DNA from: the human T2T-CHM13v2.0 reference genome, Homo sapiens
Reading direction: 5' to 3' (one strand)
Length of the DNA stretch: 64,000 nt
Assembly: GCF_009914755.1 (NCBI RefSeq)
Contig: NC_060940.1
Numbering within the stretch: the first letter of the stretch is position 1; the number at the start of each line of letters is the position of its first letter. Made by a program: the position numbers and the translations under genes. Below are positions 51,231 through 64,000 of the stretch, piece by piece. A model generated the notes under the pieces. It saw nothing but the letters and a program-made list of their open reading frames with translations, did no database searches and was not told the origin of the DNA.

Positions 51231-51979
51231 ATTGTGTTGCTCTACCAACATGGTTGTAAAAATCTGGATGAAAATAAGAAAATACAGTCTATTAAACATA
51301 GTTATAGGCTGTCACTATCCACAGTTATAATTAGATTTATAAATCATGTGCAAGATTCCCAGCAAAAAAAAAAAAATGAATCTTAAACATTCTTTTCAAC
51401 TATTATCACCCCAAAATGAAACAAAACAAAATATAGCAACGATATGAAATTGTTTCAGTAACATTGCCATGTTACAGTAAGCTTTTGCATCTGGATCAGT
51501 CAGCCTGGTACAAATAACTGTATATTCTGAAATGTAAATAGATAAAAAGATAATGACCTTCTTGAGCATCTACTGGGTGACAATCGTTGAAATAGTATCT
51601 GAATTTAACTGCACCAAGGAACATAGGCAGATTTTGATTCAGATGACAGCTTCCATTATTTGGCAGCAGATGCTTAAGAGGCTGCTTTGGGAGGATTCTG
51701 ATGTTGGATCCAGCCTACATCATAGAACTGCAGCCATGGATTAGCAATATGTGTTATGTGAGTGAGCTGCAAAAATATGCCACAAAATTCCCATCTTACA
51801 GTTATACCTTTTTACCCTGAAATGAGTCAGTGTGTTATGGTAACATTCCCAGATGGCAGACAGAAGGAGAGCCAATGTGAGAGACCAGTGAACTCAGACC
51901 CGTCTCCCAAGAGCCTTGTGTAAGTCATCTAAAAAACAAATGTTTCGGATATTCAGGGTTTTCTGATTTCAAATGTGTT

Positions 51980-52205
51980 CATACCATGAATAATTGTGTA
52001 GCACTATCTTACTGTGTGCTGAGGACATTAATGTGCTTCTTCTTTCATCCTTCGAATGATCCTGCAAAATAATTCTCACTGACATTTTCGTGGAGGTATC
52101 CAACTTCAGCTCTTATGGAAAAGAAAGTGCCTCTGTGGAAGTTGCATAGATAGTAAATTGTGGCGTGGGGACTCAAAGCCAGGTTTGCTTGACTTCACAG
52201 TCTAA
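51980..52205 (-). mobile_element. MIR
   Basis: tagtaaattgtggcgtggggactcaaagccaggtttgcttgacttca. Confidence 0.55.
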
Positions 52206-53310
52206 ATTCAACCCAGGAACCCAACAGCCTGTTGCTGTGTGATTCTGATCCCCATGAATTCACTATGTTGTCAAATGCTGAGTTTGCAAAGCATGGTCTG
52301 AGTGCTTCCCTTCTGGACCTCCCTTAACCATTCCAGGGCTTTCCATTGCTTGTGCAGTTAATGAAGATGGAAAATGATTCCCTTCCCTCCCGCTCTGTTT
52401 TTCCATCTGTCCAGGTAATAGCCTAATGTCAACCTAGTGACTTCATGGCATCTGTTTTCAATCTACTGCCTCCTTGTCTGGAATTCTCAGGGGACACTTA
52501 AGCCAGAACTGGGGTTGAAGGAAGCCCTGGCTCTGTGCAAGTCCACAGTACAGCAGCTACTGGGGAGGGAAAACGGTGTGTGGCTACGCTGAGGGTTTCT
52601 TCCTGGTTGATGCGATTATAATGTGAAAAGATCGACATGTGAGCCCAGAGCAGATGCATAATAATGCTACTGCATTTTGTATTTAACAAAACCCCTTTCT
52701 CGAGAAATGTATTACTTACCTTGTGGGTGGGGAATTGTCTCTGAACCCAATCAGGTTAGTCACTGGCCCATGACTATCTCATTTTTAATAAATAATAATT
52801 TTCTCAATTCAGCGCTAGCCAGCTCATCTGCTTTCAAAAGATAAGATATGATTGCTTTGTATTTTTTATATTAATAACCCTCAGCATGAGAGGATTAACT
52901 CTTGATGCACTAAAGGCAAACTACCGGACCCTGGGAGATCCATTTCTTCTCACCAGATAGGCTGACACATCTTTCAGATGAATTTAAAGGTCAACGCCTT
53001 GTGCATGAAAAGCAGGGGCCTGCATTAGATGGCTGAGCTCTAGTCAATTCTTGGTCATTTGTACTGAAACAGAGGCAAGAGAGAGATTTCAAAACCACCA
53101 CGAGGAGGCCCCTAAACATGCAGGCATTTCTTTCCTTTATCTGTCGATTCAAAGAGCATCTATTCAGGGCCAAGAAGGAGATCAGGTTTATCTGACTTAG
53201 TCATACAGCCATAAGAAAGTTTCCCCCTCTAAAAAAAAGAAAAGAGAAAAAATAAAGAGGTGCCTTCCATTGGTGAAGCGTAGTCATTCAGAACGCAAGC
53301 TTTGCAGCCA

Positions 53311-53340
53311 CCCACAGCCCACAGCCCACAGCCCACAGCC
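53311..53340. repeat. (CCCACAG)4 heptamer tandem repeat
   Basis: cccacagcccacagcccacagcccacagcc. Confidence 0.9.
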
Positions 53341-53533
53341 ACTGTGGGTCGAGTTATACTTTGCCTCTTAGCAGCTGACCAGCTTTGGGTCTGAGCCTGT
53401 TTCTTCACAGTGGTCAGCCCCCTTGTCTGCCTGATAAATGTCTGTCTGCTCACGCACTTGGCTCCGCAGAAGTGAGCTTGCTGGGTCCATGGGGATATTC
53501 ACTGGAGATTTTGCACAATATTATGCTCTGGAA

Positions 53534-53742
53534 AGGGGTCTGCAAACTCTGATCTGAGGGCCAAATCCAGCCTGCCACTTGTGTGTGGACAACTAGCAAG
53601 CTAAAATGGTTTTTACATTTTTAAGTGGTTGCATCTTAAATGCTTATATAATGGCTACATAAAATCCTTAATTTTGCCTCTTGGCCCACAAAACCTAACA
53701 TATTTACTACTGGCTCTTTAAGAAAATGTTTGCTCAGGCCTG
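53534..53742 (+). mobile_element. MER58 (C-like) hAT MITE
   Basis: aggggtctgcaaact...gggccaaatccagcctgcc...ggtttttacattttt...ttggcccacaaaacct. Confidence 0.8.
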
Positions 53743-53754
53743 CTCTGGAGTCCT

Positions 53755-54050
53755 CAAAGCCACATATATAATTTTAAATTTTCTGATAGCTCTGCTAAAA
53801 GAAGTAAAAAGAAACAGGTGACGTTAATTGTAGTGTGTTTTCTTTAACCCAATATATTCAAGTAGTATCCCTGCAACGTGTAGGTAATATAGAAATTGCG
53901 AATGAAATATTTTACATTCTTTTTTCATACCACGTCTTTAAAATCCAGTGTGCATTTTGCACTTAACAGCACCTCTTAATTTGGACTCACCACATTTCAG
54001 GGGTTTAACAGGCACATGTGACCGGTGGCTGCCGCATTGGACAGTGGCAG
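53755..54050 (+). mobile_element. MER33 hAT MITE
   Basis: gccacatatataattttaaattttct...gtaaaaagaaacaggtga...cattggacag. Confidence 0.85.
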
Positions 54051-54848
54051 CTCTAGAGAGCTGGAACCAATTTATGCTCCTTCTGACATTCACAGGGAAT
54101 GCTCTGTATAAATCTTGGTCTCTTCTTCCTTTTTAAGGTCACATAGCAACTGGATTTAAACTCCAAAGCTACCCCAATTTTAGCTGGAGGGACCATATTC
54201 CAAGCTGCAAATATTGTACCCACCCAGCAAATTTCCTGGGATGTGCTTCCTGGGGAAAGTGAATTCAGTTGCTGTAGCCCTTGATTTGATAAAATGCTCC
54301 TCTTTCTGGCCTTACCCTTGCTCAATCATTTCCAATTCCGCTGCTGGTTATTTAACACGCCAGGGGCAGTAGGTGCATACAGTCCTATGCTCCCAGCTTA
54401 TGAGGAAATGCTCTGTCCCTCCACAGGCTTGATCAGCGGCCTCCCTGCTCCTGTTCTCTAGATAGAAGTTTCCCTAGTTTTGCTGGTCTCAACTCATGCA
54501 CAGGAGGAAGCCAGAAGTGCCCTGCTGTGATGATCAATCCATATGCATGTTTGCCTCCAGCAAACCAAGGACATTTAATTCTTGGCCAGAGTCTCATCAG
54601 CTCCATCAGTCTATGACAATAAAATGAATGTATGTCTTGATCACACCAGGAAGTCTCTGCTACCAACACCCCCAGGAGAAAACAGCTCCAGGCTCTTGAG
54701 GCTCCTCACGTAGCAAAGTCTCATCGCTCAGGTCCCGCATGTCAGAATTTGCCATGATTCACTCACAGCATGTGTCATGTGTATCTGGTAGAATGTCTGA
54801 AATGCATTCTTCCCATATGGCTTTTCAGGGCCCTAAGTGTGAATATGA

Positions 54849-55224
<376 letters not shown>

Positions 55225-55959
55225 TAAAATTAACAATGTTCATCTCAGTATACTGCCTAAAATTACGTGATATGCCAAAGTGGGTGTATGTATCCCACTT
55301 TGAGGAATACTGATGAGAAAGGATGTTAGGCCTACAGAGATCTTCATCTTCAGAAGAGCACAGATAAGTTCTGGTATAATGGAAATGACAGCGTCTTGGC
55401 ATTTTTTACTGCTGCCTTCAAACAGCAGACATCACAGCCCACGATGATGAGCCTGCTGATGCCGACTTCCTGCATTCTGTGGTACACCTGGGCTCAGCTT
55501 AGAAAGGCTCTACCCCAACTCATACTTCTTCATGGCAAGATGAGGTGAATTCATTTCTACCCATAGTCATTCTAATCTGCATTTTCATAACCCACCTTTC
55601 CATTCTCCAAGTGTGACTTTCATTTTTAGGACAGAGTTATTCAGTCGGTGAATATGCAGTCCCTTTAAAGGGATATTTATCACCCTTGAAGAATCTTATT
55701 GCCAAATCTTAATAGTCTTTCTTATAACAAAGGCTCAAATTCACTATCAAGATTAAGAGGTGGAGCTTGAATGAGCTTTGCTGGAGCATCTCATGATAAA
55801 ATAGATTAAAGTCTTAAAATGGGCAACCCATCGAGGTGGAAGTCAAACAAATATGCAAAAGCGTCCCTGTATTTTCCTCAGGCAGTTTGGGCACTGTGGG
55901 TGAGCCCAGAGGGTGAATGGTGGGAAGTGGGAGTTAGGCCACGTGGATTTTCCCTCAGG

Positions 55960-56135
55960 CTCAGCGGGGTGACCTCCCATGAGAAGCTGAAACTATCTTA
56001 ATTACTTTGTCTGTAAAATAGTGGTGGTGAGCATGGGGAGAGCTTGCCTACCTCAGAGGCTTGTGGTGAGGATTACGGGGAAAAGTCCATGTAAAGTGCT
56101 CCCCCCTGGTTTCTGGCACAGAACAAATGAATGAA
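55960..56135 (+). mobile_element. MIR fragment
   Basis: tctgtaaaatag...cctacctcagaggcttgtggtgaggatta...atgtaaagtgct. Confidence 0.7.
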
Positions 56136-56153
56136 ATTCAGATCCATCATTTA

Positions 56154-56744
56154 TGTCAGAGGTCCCCAAGACCACCCCCAGGTTCCTTGATCCCCAAGTC
56201 CTAGGAAGTCCTAGAGGTCCCCAAGGCCACCCCCAGTTTCCTTGATCCCCAAGGAGGACTCATGGTTAAGATTTATTACGGTGAAAATATACAAAATGAA
56301 ATCAGCAAAGGGCAAAGGCCTGTGAGCGAAGTCCGGAGGAAATCAGTTACAAGATTTCCACAATCCCCTCCCAATGCAGTCACACAGGATGTGCTTAACT
56401 CCCCCAAGCAACATATGGTGACACCGTGTGTGAAATGGTTTCTACGAGGGAAGCTCACTGGAGGCTCAGTGCCCGAGTTTTTACTGGGAGCTCATCGAGC
56501 TGGTCACGTAGACAGCCTCTGCCTGATACATAGCAACATTCCTGACTCCCGGAAGAAAAGCAAGAGTTCAGCATAAACCGAATAGTTCATACAAACATGA
56601 GGCACTTGGAGCCACTCTTACCAGTTATGGGCATGGGAATACTCTCCAAACCCAAGTTCCCAGATGCCAGCCAAGGGCCAGCCTTTCAGGCAGGCCTTTC
56701 CAACATTGCAGTCTGCAATCTGCTTCGTAACTCTTTTCTGCCCA
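56154..56744 (-). mobile_element. MER77-like ERVL LTR
   Basis: ggtccccaagaccacccccaggtt...aagatttattac...aaatcagcaaaggg...ccagatgccagccaagggcca...taactcttttctgc. Confidence 0.8.
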
Positions 56745-56759
56745 GGACTAGAGGTCATA

Positions 56760-57170
56760 AGGCCCCTACTAAGTCTCTGGCTTCATCCCCAGTACTACCT
56801 GTTAACCAACCTGACATTCCTCCCATCACCCCGCAGATCCTGGCCCCAAAGCCTTACCTTGGTGCTAGCAGCTGCCTCTGTTTTGAAAGCTCTTCCCCTG
56901 AGTTCTCCATGACCAAGTCCTCACCCTTTTCATTGCAGATGCTTGCGTGTTCCCATCACTGAGTTCTAATTTCTCTAATGGAAGTATCATTCTAAAGTTA
57001 TCCTTTGTCCTTCTTTTATTCTTGTTCATGGGTATCTCCACTAGAAGGAGGATATATTTTTCTGGCAGAAGAACATGCCCGTCCTATTTATTGTGTTATC
57101 ACTAGTGTCCACTATAGGGATGGACAGGTGGTAGGTGTTCAATATTTGCCTCATGGATATTGGGAATTAC
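56760..57170 (+). mobile_element. L2 fragment
   Basis: tctccactagaa...gtcctatttattg...ggtaggtgttcaatatttg. Confidence 0.5.
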
Positions 57171-57654
57171 TATATTTATTGTTCTGTGTCCCAAAGAACA
57201 AATGAAGCCCCCACACCCTTCCTGTTTATTGACTTAAAGTATTGTCTTTGAATGTTGAAAAAAGTTTTTAGAAAATGCTGAACTTACAGGGAAATTCACC
57301 AAAGTAATAGTAATATCATGAAGATGCTCATTGCTTCTGGGCTTTCCAAATCTCATCTTTCCTCAATTGTGCCTTCTCTGCATGAGCCTAATTTGAAAAA
57401 AACCTGGTTCACAGAGGGCTGCTTAAGAAGTTGATGGTTTTGTTTATACTCAAAGTCATTGTGGGGACCTCTATTTTCACCTTTTTTGGCCTAGGTTGTC
57501 CCAGTACTTCTCTCATTCTGTGATTGATGTCATAGGTGACAAGTGTGATGGGTCACTTCACTGGCCTCTCCAGGCGGTTTATTCTTTAGCTGACTTCACC
57601 TTGCTCTGGCCTTATGTAAAGGTCCCTGCCCTCTGGCTTTTAGTGGGTTCAACC

Positions 57655-57879
57655 CACAAGTCTGCAAACTTTCTCAAAGAGCCAGATAATAAATTTTCAG
57701 ACATTGCAGGCCATCCAGTCTCTGGGCAGCTACACTACTCTACTCTGCCATTGTAGCATGAAAGCAGACATACACAATAGGTAAACCAATGAGCATGGTT
57801 GTGTTCCAATAAAACTTTATTTACAAAAACTGACAATAGGCTAAGATGTGGCCCGTGGGCTTTGGTTTGCCAATCAATG
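57655..57879 (-). mobile_element. MER58A
   Basis: tctgccattgtagcatgaaagcag...tgtgttccaataaaactttatttacaaaaac...ggcccgtgggc. Confidence 0.88.
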
Positions 57880-58194
57880 GTTTAGCCAGTGGAGGATTGG
57901 GACAAGAACTCAGAGGGAGAGAGGAGAATAAATCTTTGCAGGCTGCTCTGTCCTTCCATTGGGGGTTACAGCTCTTCTCAGGGAGCCCCCTCCATGTGGC
58001 CGCGTCTTTTGGGTCTGGAAATTGTTTCCTCCCCTGGCCCTCTAGGGTTAGATGTGGGAAAGGTGCCCCATTATTACTGGCATGTTGCTTTATGCTGTGG
58101 GCCCCTTTTCCTTGACTCTGACTGTACTTTTGCTGGTTCCTGCGTCCATCTCTTGTCACAAAGCTCAATTTGCGTGTGCCATCAATTTCCTGCT

Positions 58195-58292
58195 GGGATT
58201 AAGATACCTGGCAGTGCAGGGTTTCCTGGGATATGGGACCTCTAAAACCGAAACCTAGACAGTCCCAGTAAATCAGGAGGATTAATCTCCCT
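58195..58292 (+). mobile_element. MER81-like fragment
   Basis: gggtttcctgggatatgggac...cagtcccagtaaatcagga...ctcccta. Confidence 0.5.
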
Positions 58293-59163
58293 AACTGGAA
58301 CCCAGCCCTGTCTCCTCCCTTGGCCCTGCTCCAATTACCTTCATTCTGGCCCTCAGTACCCCCAAGTTGGATAACGGCTTTGCTGGCCAGTGACTAAATA
58401 CAGTGGCCAGATGGGGTCTGTGGCCATCGCCATGTGCACCTCTCTGCTAGGGCTTATTTGCCCTTGGAACAAAGTCTGTAGCTGATGTTTGACAAGCCAA
58501 GGAGACTCTAGTGTAGTCCCCCAGCCTACTGTAGAGGCTCTTCACATTATCATATTTTATACTGCATAATTTTTGAAGATGATCCCTTTTCTTCCAAATT
58601 CTAGTACAGGAGAGGTATGCTATTTTTCCATAAGAAAAATCAGACTTACTTTGAAAGAGCAGTAGGATTAGCAGACACTTTGAAATATTACATTAATCCA
58701 GCTTGGGTTGAAAATATCCAAAGGACTGACTCATGAAATTTCAAGTAATTGAACTTCTGGACTCAAACAGACATGAGAAGAAAAAGTTATGTTCCTTCAA
58801 ACTATTTCAGCTCAGATGATTTTTTCCTTTTTAGTTCAAAACCTGACAAAGGTTTGCTTGATGAGGAGAAGAGACCACCTTCCCCACAATGAAAGTTAAC
58901 GCTATAATGATAATAGGAGGGCTTATGACTGAATCTGTATTCAGATACACCGATTTTGTTTGCTTTTAGTGGCAAGCAGGTTTAGCAGGTTAGAGAAGAG
59001 GGTAATGTTTTGATACTGTGGTGAAGCTGAGGAGGGCGATGTCCTTAGTCTGAGGAGACCAGCATGAAGCCACCTTTATTGCCCTAAAATGTCTCTGCCT
59101 TCAAACAAGTGGGCTAAAGAGGGAGGGCCTGATGCTCTGAAAAGGAAAAAAAAAAAAAAACTT

Positions 59164-59491
<328 letters not shown>

Positions 59492-60579
59492 CTAATTCAG
59501 GTTCCCAGGATCTAGATGACAGTAAATATGGAAGCTGCTTTAAGGAGATACTGGAGACATTTTAATGGTGTTGGCCGTTTCATTGTAACACAAATGACTT
59601 CTCTGCAGCTGTTCAAGGAAGACTCTTTTCCTATGAGTGTTGGTAGATGAAGAGTGGAAACTCAGGTGCTTGGCAAGGTCAGAAAGTTAGTGTCAATGAG
59701 TGAGGAGGCTTGGGTAGAAGAAAAGTCTGTATGAAGACATAAGTACAAACCAAAAATCACTTTTAGTTGACTATGAGGCAAACAGCAGTGCAACTGTGAT
59801 GACAGAAGGCAAATGGTACTTGCTGGGGACACATGGGATGCATGGCCTGTGGACATCTAGAAATGAGGCCTGTCCATCAGGAGGTCAACCTTACCATCCA
59901 CGGAGTGTTGCCCTGTTTGACTCCAAGCTCAAAGCTGTCCCAAATCCAGATGCTCGGTGAAAATCCCTGATATTTGAATGGCAGCCTCTGCAAGCTAAAG
60001 GCCATCTAGCAGATACAGTGGCCATATGGGACGTGCCAGCCATGATTTTTTGCAGCCTCTCTGTTAGTGCTTGCTTGCCCTTGGAACAAAGCCTGTGGCT
60101 GGTGTTTAACTATCATGGGAGATACTAGTGTGGCTGAAAAGTCTGTGTTCTGAACAGTACTATGGCACTATAGACAAACTTTCAAGGTCAAATTGATTAT
60201 CCTGTAGTTTAGCAAAGCAACAGCTCCCTAATTATGTCAGGAGGCAGGATTATCTCTGATCATTTGAGCTAGGACTCCAGATAAAACATCAAAAGCAATA
60301 TTTAAATAACACACAGCCATGGTTAAGGATTCATTGCATTTTCTCTTACCATAAAACCAAAATTGTGGTGGCCCATTTTGTTCCATTACTGGAAGGGTTT
60401 TCCAGGCTGTTTTAACTCATACATAGTGTAACCCTTTCCCTTATTACAAAATTTCACTCTGGGAAAGAGCAAAGCTGTACTTTGTGGTACAGTGTTATGA
60501 TGGTTTATGTTCATGAAGGTCCTACAAAAATTCAGAAACATTCTTAATCCAAATGATCTAGAAATAGGAACTGGAATAC

Positions 60580-60772
60580 CTACTGTGCTGGAGCTGCTTA
60601 ACCCATGAAAGACAGTTGTACACAGCTCTTCACAACTCCGTATTCAGTGATTTCACATTAGTAGCTTGAAATTAGCCATGATGGGAGCATTTATGCCCTG
60701 GACATTGTCAAAACTCAGAAATCAAGTCATTTATTTCTTGGGGAGCTGGTCATTAAACACTCACTAGGATGC
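60580..60772. mobile_element. MER63A-like hAT-Blackjack MITE
   Basis: tgtgctggagc...ttcagtgatttcacattagtagcttgaaattagccatgatgggag. Confidence 0.78.
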
Positions 60773-60851
60773 CCTTGGGTACCCCTCACTGCTAGAAGAA
60801 TTCCCTCCCTCCCTGTATTTCTCCCTTGAAATCTGAGCCAGTCTTGCATTC

Positions 60852-60854
<3 letters not shown>

Positions 60855-60929
<75 letters not shown>

Positions 60930-60965
60930 CACACATATATATACACATATATGTATACACACACA
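60855..60965. repeat. (AT)25 plus (AT)/(CA) compound microsatellite
   Basis: Uninterrupted AT alternation 60855-60905, then a single C and further AT/CA units. Confidence 0.97.
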
Positions 60966-61339
60966 TTCCTATCTTCTCAAAAATTCTTGCCTTTTAAAAA
61001 GTTGTTATCAAAGACAAGGAATTTTTTAATCATCAGGGTAGCTCAGTCTTGAGACATCTGAGTCCTTCTGAGTAGTAACCAGTAGCTGCACCGAAGAGAC
61101 AGTTCAAGGACTACAAATGATGGTAGTCCTTGAATTTCAAGTCCTTGGGAGTTCAAGGCCTATCCTCATTTGTAGTTCTTCACACTGTACCACTCTTTAT
61201 TTGTTTAAAATATAAGAGTGCACAGGCAAAAATCAGCTAAATGGGAGTTGTCCAGAACAGTGCTTTCTCCAGTGACCTTACTCACCCCTCCATGAGGACT
61301 CAGTTAATTCTAATCTCTATTTTGCTGTTTCTATGAGGT

Positions 61340-61855
61340 CAGAAGTCCCCAACTTTTTGGCACTAGGACTGGTTTCATGGAAGACAATTTTCCCATGTAC
61401 CAGGGACATGGGGGAGGGGAGGATTTGGGGATGATTCAAGCACATTACATTTATCGTACACTTAATTTCTATTATTATGACCTTATATAATGAAATAGTT
61501 ATACAACTCACCAGAGTGTAGAATCAGTGGGAGCCCTGAGCTTGTTTTCCTGCAACTAGACAGTCTCATCTAGGGTGATGGGAGACAGTGACAGATCATC
61601 AGGCATTAGATTTTCTGAAGGAGCATGCAACCTAGATCCGTTACATGTGTGGTTCACAAAGCACCTATAAGACTCTAATGTTATTGCTGGTCTAACAGAG
61701 GTGGAGCTCAGGTGGTAATGCAAGTGCTGGGGAGCAGCTATAAATACAGACGCAGCTCCACTCATGGGCCCGCCACTCACCTCTTGCTATGTGGTCCGGT
61801 TCCTAAAAGGCTGCAGATGGATACCCATCCATGGCCTGGGGATTGGGCATCCTTG
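61340..61855 (-). mobile_element. MER1A (hAT-Charlie)
   Basis: gtccccaactttttggcac..ggactggtttcatggaagacaatttt...gaatcagtgggagccctgagcttgttttcctgcaactaga. Confidence 0.9.
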
Positions 61856-63113
61856 TATTAGATTACTAACTCCACCCTTAAACTTTTTAAGTTGTGTTTT
61901 CAAAGAAGGTATCAGCATGTCAGTCTTTCCTATAATGTTCTGTGTTTCTTGAAGATAGGGACCTTGCCTTTTTGTGTATATTGACAATTAGTGTATATTG
62001 TCTTGGCACTGACACACAGTAGGCAGTCAGTAGATGTTACTTGCATCAATGCATGAGTCCTTCAGAATACATCCAATTGGCATTCAGTGAGCAGTTGTTC
62101 AAATTCCTTTTAATTCAGGATGGTCAAATGTTTGTATGAACATTTGGGGAAACATCTTAACTGTCTACCAGGCAGTTAGATTTTAAAGAAAAGACATGTA
62201 TTCATATACTCCGACCCAGGGGAAGATATGTGGCATTCTGCTTAACATAATCAGTTCCTTGCTTTCCACACCAATTTGTGCTTGATTTGTTTCTTTTCTT
62301 CTAGAACTTTTCAGAGTGAGAACCTTTAGCAGAAAAAAAAAGCTTAACAAGATAGACATTTTAGTTCAATAGAAGAATTTTTCTGGTGTGAAAAAGTAAA
62401 TTACAAAAAGGACTTTGGTTCTGAAAGATAATTAATAAAAACCTTTCCATGTGATGACAAATCTGACATCTTGTCTAATGTCTGGCAGAGAAGAAAGTGT
62501 TGAGAGCTGCACAGTTGGAATAAAATGTTCCACTTTACAGCAAGGCCGGGTAGGATCTGATAATTATTTCTAGGCAACAAAAGTTCATAGTCTAATTGTT
62601 CAATTGACACAACACCAGGCCTGGCTCTGTGACTATGCACCATCAGTGAGGTCTTCGTTTAGGCTTTCCTGATTTCACAGGTAAATATTGCCAGGAATGT
62701 GGGTGATCATGGAATGACTCCCTTGTGGATATTTTGGACTACAGCTGTACTTATAGAACTTTCCTTTCCCTCTTGTAAGCTTCTCATGGGCTGTGGTAGG
62801 CTGAGTAATGGTCCCGTAATAAGTCTACATCCTCATTTTCAGAATGTGTCAAGGTTACCTGTATGACCCAGATGAGTATGATGTAATCACAAGCTTATAG
62901 AAGGGAAGTAGGAGGAGCCAGAGTTAGAAACAGAAGACGATGTGATGAAGGAAGAGAGACAGAGAAAAACAGGTGAGAAGAGGCCATGCTGCTGGCTTGA
63001 ATGAAGAAGGAGGCTGTGAACTAAAGGATGTAGATGACCTAGCTGGAGAAAACACATTCTCCTGAAGGAGTTCAGCCCTGTGGCTTCAGACTTTAGAACT
63101 ATAAGGTAATAAA

Positions 63114-63714
<601 letters not shown>

Positions 63715-63785
63715 AATAAAGTATTTTTAAGCCTCTCAGATTTTAGAACTTTGTTACAGCAGCATTATGAAATTGATACACGGGG

Positions 63786-64000
63786 GCATGTTTTCCTGAA
63801 ATCAGAGCCTGAGAGGAGAACCAGGTACAGGTAGTTTTCTTTGGGAGGTGATCCAGGAAGCAGGAGTAAGGAAGGATGAGAAGGCAGGAAAGGAGAGAGA
63901 ACCAATATATTAAGGAATCCTTGAGCTCACTGCTGTAGACAGCCAGGGGCCAGTGCACAGGGACCTCGAGAGGCACAGGGAATGACTCTCAGACGTGTCT
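63786..64000 (-). mobile_element. LTR16-family fragment (runs off the window)
   Basis: ttcctgaaatcagagcctgag...ttgggaggtgatccaggaagcagg. Confidence 0.55.

Noticed and set aside
55440-55462. ATGATGA...CTGA as snoRNA C/D boxes
   Set aside because: The boxes are only a few nucleotides apart, with no terminal stem or guide region.

Overview
Human (hominid) non-coding genomic DNA, intronic or intergenic. It is CpG-depleted with no CpG island, and a near-consensus AluYb8, a human-specific subfamily, is present. No protein-coding gene, RNA gene or processed pseudogene could be supported; the ORF track reflects repeat-derived or chance frames. Much of the window is interspersed repeat: 13 Alus, L1PA/L1MB/L1MC/L1ME fragments, many MIR and L2 relics, solo LTRs (LTR10, THE1D, LTR17/HERV-W, LTR16, MER21, MLT1, MER77), hAT/Tigger MITEs and microsatellites. 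Family names come from recalled consensus sequences, so subfamily calls and the boundaries of old elements are approximate. The best leads are: (1) two old local duplications of sequence I do not recognise as a transposon (4002-4771 vs 6174-6352; 58398-58516 vs 60013-60133), the first keeping a 27/28-identical block with a PBX-HOX-type motif; (2) a tail-to-tail inverted AluY pair 21 nt apart; (3) an L1PA insertion with an apparent short 3' transduction; (4) a young 5'-truncated AluYb8 with an A39 tail; (5) an LTR10 with a 3-unit AP-1 tandem repeat; (6) two triple-nested insertions; (7) hairpin and TCF/LEF motif clusters in unique sequence. I see no convincing new biological system; these are testable leads only.
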